64,000 bases of DNA from Penicillus capitatus (GCA_965649825.1 OZ287702.1:124001-188000), one strand, 5' to 3'. Counted from the stretch's first letter, positions 13,351 to 29,159 are shown. Translations and numbers: made by a program. The notes: generated from the letters alone by a model not told the origin.

Positions 13351-14568
13351 TTATTCCGCACATGTTGAAGAGCTGTGGACTGTTAATAAAATTGTCGAGA
13401 ATCTCGTTTAAAGCTTCGTACTGTATTAATGTACTGAAGAGAATCTTCGCGCTGTCTCTCTGGAGAAATCTCCCAGATTTCTAGATCGTCGGATTCCCCG
13501 TAACACCTCTCACATTGTGTCTCACTCTTAATTTCAACAAGCGTGGATGTGTGATGGCAGAAGGCTGGGACGACGAGTCTGGCAGCACATTTGAAAAGAC
13601 ATCCAGCAATTGACGGAATATGCGGAACTCCTTGGCATGAGACCTATCGACAGAATCGCATTTTTTAATGGCGTTCTGGGACGAAGTCGGGCATCATCTC
13701 CACTCCTCTATCGGTCCTTTTTCCAACCATCCTTCGCCGTGGTGAATCGAAGCGATCAGATGGCACTTTCCGTGACACAAGTCTTTGGTCTACCACTTTA
13801 CTAGATGGATTCAGATTTCGTCTGCAGTTTGATGTGCGTAAATTTCAAGGAATTTGTTTCCAATACATCGGAGACAGTGACGGAGATCCTCGATTTTTTG
13901 TAGGAGCAGATCCAGAAGGACACGATATCGAGTCACTTCCACCTAACATGAAAATGAGACTGCCTCCTGCACATCGTTCTATGAGTGAACGGACGTCGCT
14001 TGTAGACAGAGTACAAGGGTCGTCGGATGCATCCTTCTGTCAAGGACCGTCGCAAGAGCTACTCTCGCAAAAGCAACGATCAAATGTATGGTTTCTTGGG
14101 GCGAGATTACCATAAAGGTGAGCAGAGAGAGCAGAACAATTGCACATTCATTTGAAAGATCGAGTGTTTTTCTCCTTTCGTCGCCGGATTGCAGGTCTTT
14201 TCTGTCTAGCGATTCTCTGTAACGCAAAGTTTACAGGAAGAGTTCTTCGACGCACGTTTGACAGATTCGCCGCTCTTCGCACTTTGCCCTTGTCAAGAAC
14301 AACGTAAAGTCGGCTTGATTAACAGAGAGATCGTTATGAGTGCAAAAAATTCGATGTGGAGGACAGCGGATGACTTCCACCATCGCGCCAAGGACGACGT
14401 CAGCACTGTGACATATCATATACCGTAATCGGTGAATAAATGACTTCTTCATAGTAACAAGTGTGGTTTTCTTGCCGCGAATACTCGCGAGAACGACTTA
14501 AAAGCGCTCGTTCTTCGTCGTGAACATTCTTTACTGCACATTATTCACAGGCGTTTACCAGTGTTGCC

Positions 14569-16405
14569 ATGCATCTGTTTCGCCCTCTGGCGTTCGTTGC
14601 CTTCGCTTTGTCCTTGGTGAGTTTCTACACGTCAGTGTTGGCGGCAAAGCCCGTCGCAAACAATGCTATCGCTGTGGATTTCCCATACATTCAAAGGAAC
14701 AGCAGGCCGGCTGTTAGAGATCTGAAAAATGTTGACAGTTCATCATTTGTACGTCGCCATTTCCAGCGACGGAACCTTTCAAATCGATTCGGGAGAAGCC
14801 TTCACGCAGAGGAGGATGCCCCGACTTGCCGTTGGAACGACGTCGCTGAAACGTGTGTTGTCAGCTACAACGCCATCGCTGAACTTTTCTCGGCGTCTAA
14901 GAACGCACATGCTCAATTTACGGCCCAATTTGTGGTCAGTTTCTCGTCGACGTTCCGTTCGGGTACTCTCAACGGGAATGTCTATAGGAATGTATGTCGG
15001 CGGCTGATGAAAACGCGTGCGCCGACATGTCAAAGTGCCGCTGGGACAGGTGTCCTCGTGTGGACTCCTCCGTTTTTACTGAGGTGAATGTGTGTAGCGC
15101 GTCGTCGAGCTGCTTCTTTCTAGATTTCTACACAGGAAACGAGAAGTCTCCCTGCGCTGTCGCCGCAGAAGGATATGTCCAGTTTGCGTTGGAGGAACCA
15201 AGATGCGAATTGCACAAAACACAGCTTCCTTGCATCGCCGATCCGTTCTGCATTTGGTAACTAACTCTTATCTTCGCGATGCCCATCCGCATTGGGTACC
15301 TCTTCAGGGAAGACGAAGATCATGCGTGTTCGGGGACCTTTCTTCCTTTCTTCATTGGCGTTTCTTTAGAGTCTCTCCAAACAGCTGCTGACGAGGTATG
15401 ATATGTGATAGGATTCTTCGATTTATCGCGGTTCTCCTTACAGGTGCGAGAAGAACAGGATCTTGAAAAAGCATTTACTTCGAGTTTTGATGTGGGCGCC
15501 GCTGAACCTGACTGGAGCGCTATTCTCGATTGGAAACCACCAAAGATGGTTTGCCCCGAATGGTCTGATCCGATGGTTCGTCTTCGTTGAATAATGATCG
15601 TGCGAAACATATCGTTTCTCTGTTGGCAGGTGTGTGATTTTGCGAGCGATTTATCAAGGACCGCTCCACAGTCTTTCTACTGCGACTTCAGATACCAAGG
15701 CGCTTCGCTGGAGAAATGCTCCTCAGATCCACTGTGTGATATCGATGAAGCATCCAAAAGATGTCATGCTTCATACGAAACAGAGATTTCCAATTGGTAC
15801 GATGCCGTTAAAGTACGTCACACTGTCTTCTGGCCGTCTTGAACACGTCTGTCCTTTAGAACATCTTCTCTTCATACGTAGAGCCTGAAGCGGACAAAAA
15901 GATTCTGATTCAGAGTTTTGAATGCATGTCTCATGAAGAAAGAACTGCGTGCAAAGGTAAAGCAGTTCAGTGTTCCATCCAATGTACATGCTTAACATCT
16001 CTGTACAGATCCGTGCATTTGGAAAGTATATGCAGAAGACGAAAATCCATATGAAGGATGCGAAGTCTCTGAAATGTGGACCGACAGAGCGATCGCGGAT
16101 GCTGGCGACGAATCCGATGTTCTCTGCAACTATGCTGCTACTTTAGCGTCTGCTGCTTGCACAGATATCACCGACTCAGATGTCTGCATTGCCAACTCGA
16201 AGTGCACAACAAACCATTTCGGAGGTGAATTGTTTTGTCCACGCACATTTGGTTCAATGGCTGTTCTGCAGAGTGTGTCATGTCTCTGGACTATCAGGTA
16301 AGAAGAGTCATCGAGGAAGACCGCAAGTTGGAAAAGGCCTACAACAGATTGGCCAAGAAATGCGATTTTCACTCGACCGAAGAAGCCTGTTTCTTGGCTT
16401 CCTAG
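14569..16405 (+). CDS. Multi-exon secreted cysteine-rich protein of unknown function (paralog B)
   Basis: Signal peptide (MHLFRPLAFVAFALSLVSFYTSVLA). Exons CRWNDVAETCVV, CFFLDFYTGNEKSPC, QVCDFA...CSSDPLC, AGDESDVLC and ...STEEACFLAS* align with gene 90-1937. Confidence 0.75.
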
Positions 16406-16933
16406 ACTTCCTTAACATACGTGTCTGCATTCCACGACGAATGTTTATCCTATTCAATTCGTACATTTCCTGAAGAAAAGACTGTCTGTTGACAAGACAG
16501 CAGTTGATTGATCAATTGGTTTCTATAAGGCGGTTAGCACCTAGGCATTTCCCATGGTTTGATCATGTACATGCGACATTGGATCAATGTAAAGGGTATA
16601 TGCTTGTTACAAAATGTGTGTCCCATCACCCTCTCCCCACTCTACAAAAACGAGCGACCTGAATTCGGTTGCATTCATTGCACAATGCTCTATAGTGCCA
16701 TCGAACTTTCCCCTTTGATCCATTCTCCAATCTCAACAGTGTGATACTTGTGTTTCCGTGTGTCTTCGATCCTCTCATCGCCATGCCTTGTAGCCTGGAG
16801 GTTGGGATTCGACACTCAACTTGACGATATCTTCACTGAATGACTGACAGGTTGGGTCACGTCCGTCAATGCTTCTCTTGATTCCAATGTAAGCGTTATC
16901 GCACGTTACGTGATTTCGACCAAAGCGCGGAAG

Positions 16934-17935
16934 ATGTTCCAGACGAGTTTGCCAACCCATCGCCCAACCATCACCGCACGCGTTGCGTCGACGCACCGAC
17001 CGAGACAACGTGTCAGGTCTCATCGTCAAAGCAGCGCTTCCCTTGCACGGCACTCTTTGTTCTAGGTCGTTAAAAAGCCGCTCCGTTAAACGCATTCAAC
17101 ACGTTAGGGCCGCCCCGGAACAGGTCACGGGCGTCGTCTTCGAGCCCTTCAGCGAAGTAAGCTCTTAGTCGGCGCTCTTTATGCCGACACTAGGGTCTTT
17201 AGGTTCAAATTGAGCTGGCCACGGTGGACAAAACAGACAACGTTTTCCATTCCTTTGCCCGTAGTGATTTCTCGTCCGAGTGCGAGGCGGCTCTCAATGA
17301 GCAGATAAAGTAAGGATCCCTCAGATGATCACAAAGATGGATGAATGACCGCATCCATTGTCAGCGTGGAATACAACATTTCCTATGTCTATCACGCACT
17401 CTATGCCTACTTTGATCGGGATAACGTGGCATTGCCTGGACTCGCTGAGTTCTTCGAGCATCAGAGTGTCGACGAACGCGAACACGCCGAGAAATTGATG
17501 GAATATCAGAACAAGCGTGGAGGCCGCGTGAAGCTCATGGGCATCTCATCTCCCCGTTCTGAATTCTATCACAAAGAAAAAGTGAGCTGAAAGTGTGACA
17601 GAGACGGATATCGTATGAGCGAGTTCACTAGGGTGACGCCCTGTACGCAATGGAGCTTTCGCTTTCTCTGGAGAAACTGAATTTTCAGAAGCTCCGGGAC
17701 TTGTGGAGCGTGGCGGATAAACACAACGATCCTGCGCTGTGCGATTTCATTGGTAGGCATATGCGTGTCTCCTCTGTTCACCCACCTCCCGTGTGATCTT
17801 TGCGTAGAAGGGGAATTGCTGACGGAACAGGTCGATGATGTCAAGAAAGTCTCAGAGTACGTCTCCCAGTTGAGACGCGTCGGAACGGGTCATGGTGTTT
17901 TCCACTTCGATCGCGTTTTCCAGAACGGAAAATGA
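16934..17935 (+). CDS. FER: Plastid-type (plant/algal) ferritin, multi-exon
   Basis: Transit-peptide-like N-terminus, extension peptide [11 protein letters not shown], then [30 protein letters not shown]...[22 protein letters not shown] and [29 protein letters not shown]. Confidence 0.95.
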
Positions 17936-18175
17936 AGAAGAAATGCATCCCGTTTCATTTCTTATTTTACTATTCGCCTGCCCCTTATTCCACGTACTAG
18001 CACATCTTACTAATCCGTAGATGACCCCCTTCTGACTTACCTCCTCAACATGCATGCCGCTAGAACGAAGAGGATAAATGATCAGATGTCACATCATTTG
18101 AGAGTTTCAGAGACGGTGAGATGACAGACAAACAATCAACATCTGTTCTCTGCATGCAAATTACTCCTTAAGGCT

Positions 18176-18670
18176 TTACGCTTCGGCCGATGCGCCTTCG
18201 GTCGATTTTTGCAGGGCTCGCATGCCCACTTTGCTCAAACGGAACTCCTCTGCGCAACAGACCCACCATCGTTGATCAACCGAATGAGATGTGGGATCAT
18301 CGTTTTGACCTTCTCTGAATCCATTGCGCGCACGAATGAACACTTTGCGCATGTGTCGCATGCGACCGGTTCCTTGTGTTCTTCTTCTTCGTGCCTTCTG
18401 ACTCCAATTATCTACACAACGTTCTTGTCATTCAGCAGTTCTTTCCTGAGCGGCATCCCTCTGACAATGGCGCATGCGGGGGGATGGGAATCCACAGGAA
18501 GCGCAACGCCGTTTCTGCTTGTGAAAGGAGCGTCGTCCACAACGCGGGCATATCATATGCGTCTTGGTCTTGCGTTTGCCTACAACGTTCGTGCGTTTGT
18601 TCGATCGGGTGTGTGTGCGATCTGTGGGTGTCTTACCAAAACTGCCAGTTCCTTTTCCTGCTTTGCCCAT
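18176..18670 (-). CDS. RPL37: 60S ribosomal protein L37 (eL37), 3 introns
   Basis: [43 protein letters not shown]...[24 protein letters not shown]...NGFRE after splicing. Confidence 0.95.
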
Positions 18671-19016
18671 GTTGTAGAAGGACGAACGCTGCGCCGCCGA
18701 AAGATCAGAATTGATGGAGCGATGATGCTCACGGATAATTTATCTGTTCGTCCCATTTTGTCGTTGTCGTTTTTTCTACACATCTCTTTGGCGTCTTCAT
18801 CGAACGAACACACGCAGCTCACCGAGACGCCGCGAACTTGAATAATGCAATCCACCGGTGACGACAACCCGTCTGTCGCACTACGAAACCTCGTCCTCAC
18901 GAGACCGCTTCACATAGGGCGTCCCTATCGACCGAAAGGAACGAAGCGACCGCACCACAAATACGCGAAACGTATTCCATCACCCATGTCTTGCAAACGG
19001 TTACCCTTCGCCGAAC

Positions 19017-21003
<1,987 letters not shown>

Positions 21004-21813
21004 GACGCGTGCTTTGCGTGAACAAAGACATCTGCTAGACATTGCTGCCCTTGAAATAGACGTTTTGGTTGGTTGGTTGGTGGTTGGGTCACACACATAC
21101 TTTGAATGTAATGTATGGATAATGACTGTCGGCTGAGATTGGTGTGTGTATGTAGTCATCTTGAATCCTGGACGTGTGTGGATGAGGATTGTGTCACACG
21201 TATGACAGCATCGACCCTCGAAGGTATCGCAGAAATGCATCAGGTTTTCCAAAAGCTGTCAATCTCAAATGATACTTCTCTCCGCACCCCAACTGCACAC
21301 GGTCCTCATTCCACCATGGAGCTCAATTCAGCTGATTTGAAGCCTTACAATGTCCACGACAGCGTTGGTAGTGTACCAGATGCATAATGACCAACCGCCG
21401 CCGCCGCCGCCACTGTCTGATGACGGATGGACGGATGGACGTCTTCGCTCTTAATAAAGGATTGGATTGATATTTTTCACTGGATCTGCGTAGCATCAGC
21501 ACCTATCATGGATGGCACGAATTGCTATGGCCAGCCATCTTCTGAGTTTAGTGAATCGTAGGGTAGAGAATGTATCTTCCTATTTTTTGTCCGTCTGCGC
21601 ACCCACCCCATCCCTCCAAATTTATTGTTTGACACATCGTCTATTGCTCGTTCAATCGACCACCGTCTTATCCATGTGCCACCTTTTCTTAATCGGTCCA
21701 TGCAAAGTTGAAAGCTGCGAGACAGTTGTGGGTTTATGCTCAATGACTAGTTTCATTATCCTTTCTTAGACGAAAACTCTGTTCTTTTGTGCAGATTTCA
21801 TTCTTAGCACCAG

Positions 21814-24126
21814 TCATTTCCGTCTCCACCCAAGCAGACCTCTGAACACCGATTTGACAAATAACGTCAAACGTGTTTTGTTGTACAGATCTCCGCATTG
21901 TCTAACGGCCTCTGCTTGTGTGGGATATGGATGAATCACATAAGCTAGAGCTCCCAGTCCTACATTTCCCTGCATGGCCACAGAGACTTCGGAAATCATG
22001 TTGCCAGCATCAGATGCCACAATGGTTGACCCTAAGATCTTATCCGATCCCTCCGCCACCAGGATTTTTACGAAACCTCTCTCTTCTCCATCGCAAATGG
22101 CACGGTCCACATCTGAGAGGTGGCGCACGAATTTCTTGTACTGGATCTTTTTTTCCTCCAGATCATGTTCGTAGAGTCCAACATGGGCGATCTCAGGTTC
22201 TGTGTAAGTGGCCCACGGTATCAGTAGGCCAGAAAACTTTCCTGACCCGAAAAACAACGCGTTTCGAATAACGAGACGCGCCATGAAATCTGCAACGTGT
22301 GTGAATTTGTATTGGGAGCAGCAGTCTCCAACTGCGTAGACGTTCTTGTTTGTTGTCTGGAGAAAATCTGAAACTTTGATGCCTCTTTTGTCATAGTCTA
22401 TACCGGCTGCTTCCAACCCCATGTTCTCTACATTCGGACTTCTTCCAGTCGCAATCAACAGCTCATCCACTTCGATGATGACTTCTGTGCTGTCTTGTTG
22501 TTTTGTGTAAATTTTAATGGTACCTTCTTCACTCTGTTCAATGCGTTGATAGATGGAATTCAGATAGAATTGCACTCCATCTGCTTCCAGCTGTTCGCGT
22601 ACGATGGCCACGGCATCGGCATCTTCTTTCTCTAGAATCTTCCCCGAGCGACCCAACACCGACACAGCAGAACCAAACCGGGCCATACACTGCGCCAATT
22701 CGATGCCTGTCATCGACACAGAAATGATCCCGCCTGTGACGAGGACCTAAGAAAGACAGACCGACGACGCCCGGTCCAATGACACCAAAGCGTTTGGGAA
22801 GCTCGGTCAGATTGAAGATGGAGGCATTGGTCAGGTAGCGCACATCTTTGAGACCCTCGATGGCCGGGAGACTCGGAGAACTGCCCGTTGCCACAACAGC
22901 GGCAGCAAATTTGAGTGTCTGGCCATTCACCTGAATCGTGTCCTTTCCGGTGAATACAGCACGACCCTGGCATCAAAGCACCGCTCATGGAGTGCCTGTA
23001 TTCATTGGCCGTGCCTGATACACATCGATGCCCAGTTCCTGAGAGAAACGTTGAGCAGAATCCATGGGACTGATCTGCGCTCGAATACGACGCATTCTTT
23101 CCATGACCTTGCCAAAGTCGACGGACACGCCTTCCACATTTACACCGAACTCTGCTGCCCGGTGGACCTGTCACATCGGATAATACTTTAGAATTCCGCC
23201 TGTCATGTCACTGAGTCTTGCCTCGTGGGCGGCTTTGGCACATCGTATGAGGGCTTTGGAGGGAACGCATCCCACAGTGAGACAATCGCCTCCCATCAAA
23301 TGCTCTTCAATGATGGCCACTCTTCCACCCACTCCTGCCGAACCGGCTGCCCTACAGGCATTTGTCACAGATCGACCCACTCCATTCCCATCCATCTTAC
23401 GTCACCAACCCTCCGGCTCCAGCACCGATGGCGACCATATTGTATCTGAACCAGCCAGATCTCATAAAAACGAACATTCATAGATGATGTGACGTGTCTA
23501 ATACTTTGTGTCCCCCGGATCTGGATCTTGCCAGTTTTGAGGTTTGCAGTTGTCCAACAGTTTGACGTTGTACTCATCGAGTGGCGCCAGAGGAGGATGC
23601 GTCACTTCACCCGAAACTTGCGTCAAATCACTGATCGGGATGGACGGTTGGAAACTCTCCGTCGCCATAACAGACGTCGCCGGACGTAACAGAGCATCTC
23701 CCCAACTAAGTGCGCCGCCGCCGGGCTTCTCGCTCTGCCTATACCGCACTCTTTGTCGCACATTTGGTCTCGTTGGGAAGCGCGAAATGCGCCACAAGGT
23801 CCTTCGCATGGCGCGTGCGTCGGCGCGATCAATGATGTGACGTACCCGCCATGAAAAGCCTCGTCCTCTGCGAATCGGTAAAAGAGCTCTTCGTTTTTGA
23901 AGGCATGTTCCTTGGTGACGTGATGGAAGACGCCAAGCTGCAGCAAACCTTCTCCCAGCGCCACCGCATCTGCAACCGTCTCTGCGTGCGATTTCTCAAG
24001 AAAATGCTTCACGGCATCGGTGCCGACGAAACACTGTGGATAAGTTCTTAAACGATAAGTGCGGTCTTTGACTTCGACATGGCGTCGCAAGTCCTCGGCG
24101 ATGAAACGCAAACACTCATCATCCAT
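21814..24126 (-). CDS. DEP-domain + mercuric-reductase-like FAD pyridine nucleotide-disulfide oxidoreductase
   Basis: N-terminal DEP motif (VKDRTYRLRTYPQCFVGTDAV...ALGEGLLQLGVFHHVTKEHAFKNEELFYRF) splices in frame to PLDEYNVKLLDN..., GAGAGGLVTA, GGDCLTVGCVPSKAL, IATGRSPNVE, YAVGDC, PWATYTEPEIAHVG, IHPYPTQAE. Confidence 0.85.
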
Positions 24127-24207
24127 GATGGAGAATCGATCGATCGTTCGCCAATGGTTTCATCAATCGATTCGCAGTTCGACGTCGCATCGTGATTGAT
24201 CGTTGAG

Positions 24208-24960
24208 ATGGCGACGTGTCGAACGATCGGTGTCCGTCCACTAGCGAAATCGTCTCGTCTGTGCGCGACGGCCATCGATCGACGACGAATCATCTGGAGC
24301 GTCGTACTGATCACGCCAACATGGAGAAACCGCAACGCTCGTGCAGTGGAGAAAACGGATGTGGCACTCGACGTCCGGGTGGCAAACGACGACTTACCAC
24401 GGTGCATGTCAAATCACGATCTCACTCCTTCCTCACTCTATTCATTAGGTTCCTCAAGACGGAAAGCGGAGTTCGGATTCAGGACCTCGAGAAAGGAAAA
24501 GGGAGAGCAGCTGTCCCAGGCGATCGCGTCCAACTTGACTACGTCCTGCGTCGATCGAACGGATACTTTGTCTATTCGTCAGTTACCCTCCTTCTCCTGT
24601 CACATCATCTTTTCCGGAACGGTTTCCATGCAGGACAGTCGAGGGAGTCAGTTTTCAGCCGAGAGATGTTCCCATCGGTCCGATTGATGTCGAGATTGGT
24701 TCGCCATCGCTTCTTCCTGGTCTCAGTGATGCTCTGGTGGGCATGAAGGTAAAGGACGACCACAATCTCTAAGAACGCGCTGTCTGAATCTTCAGCAGGT
24801 AGGTGGTCGAAGGAGAGCACTGATTCCACCTGAACGTGGCTACCAACTGGATCCATCCCTCGAACCTCAGCCGCCGAGCTTTGCCGGAAAACGTCAAATC
24901 GTCAATCACGTTCAAGAGCCATTTCTTTTCGAAATTGAGCTCATTAGGATTCGTTCTTGA
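24208..24960 (+). CDS. Thylakoid-lumen FKBP-type peptidyl-prolyl isomerase, FKBP16-1-like
   Basis: Transit peptide, then ESGVRIQDLEKGKG...GDRVQLDYVLRRSNGYFVYS, ALVPPERGY, EPFLFEIELIRI. Confidence 0.8.
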
Positions 24961-25029
24961 GAGAGACAGTGCGGAGGATTACAGATTCGACACGAGTCGG
25001 TGGGTCAGTGGAAGATCGAGTGGCACTCT

Positions 25030-25765
25030 CTACCGCTTCAGCATACTCGACAACCAGTCTAATCCTTCAAAAATGCCTTCTCCCTTGATCGCTGATGTCT
25101 TGAAAATGGCCCAATCTCGATTCTTGATCTGATGTAATCCTAATCCCTCTGCAATCGCTGCATCGTCCAGTGCTCCAGGCAGGTCCTGTCTCATGGCTGT
25201 CACATCGTAGAGACGGTAGTGGGAGTGGACCTGCTTGTTGGCGTAGACCAAGATGAAAGCGTCTTTCACCTCTTCTTCTTCGAGAATGGCATGGAACTCC
25301 TCTTTCGATGTCGCCACCCGTTCCACGTCACAGCTATCCACGACATAGATAATCGCCTAAATCGCTCACTCAATCTCACACTTATGGCTGCTGTGTGATG
25401 TGACTTGGGTGTTGGGATAGTAGCATCGCCAGTACGGTCGAATACTTGTCTGGCCGCCCAGATCCCATACCTGAAACTTGATGTTCTTGTACGTCACCGT
25501 CTCCACATTGAAGCCAATGGCTAAACACACAACACGGCGTCAGTCTGCAGCACACCATAGATCCAGGTGTGCAGACTTGGAATCGTCGAAACGACTTCTC
25601 CCAGTTGGAGCCGGTCTAAGAGACAGTCACGTCACGGAGTCGTCTTCAGAGTACAACAGGCTTACACAGAATCGTCGTTTTGCCAGCATTATCGAGTCCC
25701 AGCACAAGAATACGCGCCTCTCTGTCGCCAAAGAGCGAAGCTAGTCTCGAAATCCACACGCCCAT
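25030..25765 (-). CDS. ARL1: ADP-ribosylation factor-like GTPase 1
   Basis: MG...[99 protein letters not shown]. Confidence 0.93.
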
Positions 25766-25953
25766 CGAACGAAGCCACCGTTCAGAACGGGGTGCCGCGT
25801 TAACGCAAGTGATATCAGGTTTGGCTCGGGGAACTGCGCGAAAATCGAAAGATACCTTAGTTCACCACACACACTCAAATCCCACACTTTGATGGTACTG
25901 ATTACAAGATAGACGTTATCTGACGCTGAGTACTGGTGGCAGACAGAACACCT

Positions 25954-28135
25954 TCAAGTTTCCATCACTTGATCTTCACCTCCTGGTGTCGTACACCCGC
26001 TTCGCGTTGCTTCGATATCCTCACGGAGCTTGTCGAGCTTCGCTCGGTCGCCATTCAGTTGCTCAAGCTGTTCAGCGTCACGGACGGCGGCTTCGATATC
26101 GCCTTGTTCCAGATGGTACATCGCAATGTAGATCAGTGCGGATTCGATTTCCGTCTTGAACTTCTCCGGTTCTTTGAAAGCAAATTCCAGATACTTGCGA
26201 TAGGCTTCGACAGCCTTATCTGGCAGAGAGAGCATGTCATACACTTCTGCCTGGCCACAGACATTGGATGCAGGGAGTCGTTGTGTGTGGATGAGAAGAT
26301 CTTACCGAGTACCGGATGGCATCACCGTTAGTGTCGCCATAGACAGTGGCTTTTTCAAAGCATTTTAATGCGGTCTCCAGCCGCATGATGGTCGTATTCT
26401 TGTACAGAACTCCCAGCGCTATCCACATCCGATCATCCTCGGCGTTCAGTTCGACAGCTCTGAAGGGCACGGCACCATGCGAGAGAGGTTTCTAAGAGGG
26501 GACGAGATGACTTTCTAGCGTGTTGAATGGCCATGGCAATGTTTCCTTGTTGCTCTTGAATCTGACAGAGACCATACCAGGCTCTGAAGTCTTTAGGATT
26601 TAGCTCCAACGCTCTGCTGTATGCACCTAGACACTTCTACGCTTGCGAGTCTCGCACTTATGCACAAACACAGACGTGTGGCTTGAACAGGTTTCTGAAC
26701 CTCGACCAGTTGATGACCCAGCAGCGTCCAGGCCGTGCTGAAATTCTTGTCCATCTTTAATGCCCTCTCATAGCTCTCCACGGCCTACACCATTCATCTG
26801 GCGCTTGACTGCCTATCGGAGAATAGGAAATGAACGCGATCATGTTCCCCGATGTGTGCAAAGTAGTTGCCAACAGCGATACATGTTTCAGGACGATGGC
26901 TGTCCGTTCCCGAACAGCCATCTGCCAGAACACATAGATCCTCTCTTGCATCTTCAGATGCCGAAAGGGCACTCGAGTACAGATGCGCGGACTGGACAAC
27001 AAAGATGATGCGACAGATATTGAGACACGGGCGAGATCTTACGTCCAAACGATGGGGGTCTCGTTCCAAGACAGATTTGAAGCATTTGGCGGCTTCTGTG
27101 CTTTGTTTGAGTTTGTGAAGAACGTGTCCTTTCTGCAAAGAGGCAACCGGTAATTACACTTACATGAAGAGTGAGAAGGACAACTAGTTCGGTGATGAAA
27201 CGCGTGTTGCCAAAGTGCTGCTCGATCTGTTCGATTTCACGCATTGCATCGTGGCAGTCGTTCGCCGCATCAAATCTCACTGCGCGGCCAAACATCACCA
27301 TCCAATGCCCCTCTGGTTTTATCAGTTCGTGCGATTCCCGCTCACAAAAGAGTGACGTCTCAATCAATGCCTGCAGGTCACTCTTTCAATTCTCTCGCAC
27401 AAAACATAACGAGTAAATGCCTGCCATGCTCCCCAGTGACATGAAAAGGATCGAATCGACCTGGACAGCATGATCTGCGCTTCCTCCATTTGATGTCTAG
27501 CAGCACAGCGGTGATGTGACGTGTGGCACGAAGGAGCATTGTACTGATCGATGAGAATGAGTCCAAGAAGGTAATTCAGCAATGGACTGTCTTTCGCCTG
27601 CGACAGCGCTTCGCGAATCTCATGTTCCAACAAACCTGTCTCCGTCATATCCGCCTCTCGAAGCTTTTTCGGATCCAGGCATTTCTCCCTGGACCACCAC
27701 ATACTTCAACGCCGCCTTTCTCACACGTACGTATAATCTCACGCTGCTTGTTTGTGGAGTGACAGATACTGACAGTAAAAATGCAGAAAGGGCGCGTGCT
27801 CGCATTTGGATTTCTTCAGTGCTGCGGCAGCTCTCTCATACTCCTATCAGATGTTCCTTCACAATCAATGTGTCTCTATCGACAGGATTGACCATTTCTT
27901 CGAAAAGATCGCGACCATAACAGAAATGCACATCGGGATCGAAGGCAGTGGTCGGAACATTGCTGCTGCTGCGTTCAAGTAATGTCTTACGGTAGCCAGA
28001 CTCATCTGCTTCGGAAGCGATGTCTTCCAACAACTCTCCAGCCCATGTCGCCGATCGATAGAGTCCCAATTCGCTTAAGAGATGCTGCGCGTTGTGGAGC
28101 TCGTCACAGACGCCTTGCAACGACAACGATGGCAT
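25954..28135 (-). CDS. APC8: Anaphase-promoting complex subunit 8 (CDC23), TPR protein, multi-exon
   Basis: N-terminal ELHNAQHLLSELGLYRSATWAGELL, then TPR motifs TDSHRPETCIAVGNY, RALKMDKNFSTAWTLLGHQLVE, AVELNAEDDRMWIALG. Confidence 0.85.
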
Positions 28136-28285
28136 CCCGTTCGAGTCTGTCTGTGTCGTACGTACACAGAGTCTTCGGTTGCGATGCGACGTCGCTCATC
28201 AAGACTGGCACTGAAGAAAACGTTCGAAACGGCCCAGAGGGTCATTGCAGTTGCTTTGTGTGTCCGAGATCCTGAGGGGTGACAG

Positions 28286-29072
28286 GTGGCAGAGGTGTTC
28301 TTGAAAAATCGAAAGGATTTGGAGAGATGTGAGACATCGAAGGGAAGAATTGTCTTTGGGCACATTGGTCCCAAAGCGTCCCATCCAGCCCATCTCACAC
28401 TTTCGGATTACGAAAATGCGTTTCTGCAGCTATGCAAGTGTAACATGGAGCAGTTATATGATCCTGTCTGGGGATGGAACGATCAACAAAAGATGCAGCA
28501 ACTGCACAGGGTCACTCATTGTCTCAGAATAATGCCGAATGTTTGGAAGATGCTGCCACATGTGGACAGGCACATTCGCATTTCTTTGTGGCGTTTGCAT
28601 CCGAGCATCCCATCCACAGCATTGGATTTTGTCAAGTGGAGTAAGACACGGTGAAGAGTGGTCCTATTCTCTGACAGCGTGGTTCAGTGTGGAGCAGTAC
28701 GATGATAGATCTGTTATGTATGTCTACGAGCTGCAAATCGCAGAAGACTATCGTCGGCTCGGCATTGGACGGCATCTGATGACCCTTTCAGAAAACCTCG
28801 TGACGCATGCGCCAACATAGACTCGTGCTTCTAATCCCATCCATGTGTGCGAGCAGGCCAGAGAATTGAATCTCGAGTGTCTCGTGCTGACGTGCATGAA
28901 AGAGAATGCCGCAGGACTGCACTTCTACTCCACATTAGGCTACACGGCAGATCGCACATCTCCCGACTCTGATATATCTGCCAAGTAGACACGTCCACTG
29001 ACACGCGTAATGGATCATATTTTCTGTCCTCTTTACAGATACGAGATTCTGTCCAAGTCTTTAGACAAGTAA
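28286..29072 (+). CDS. NAA40: N-alpha-acetyltransferase 40 (NatD), GNAT family
   Basis: LCKCNMEQLYDPVWGWNDQQK; VMYVYELQIAEDYRRLGIGRHLM; FYSTLGYTADRTSP; YEILSK. Confidence 0.85.
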
Positions 29073-29159
29073 TGAGGGAAAGAGTGATGCGAACTTTCTT
29101 CTGTAAATGGCATCGGGTGGCGCGGTTCTCTTATCTTTGAATCATCTCGTGGCGGCGCT

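Noticed and set aside
21814-23580. True mercuric reductase (merA) / mercury resistance
   Set aside because: No C-terminal Cys-Cys pair, no HMA domain and no mer operon context.
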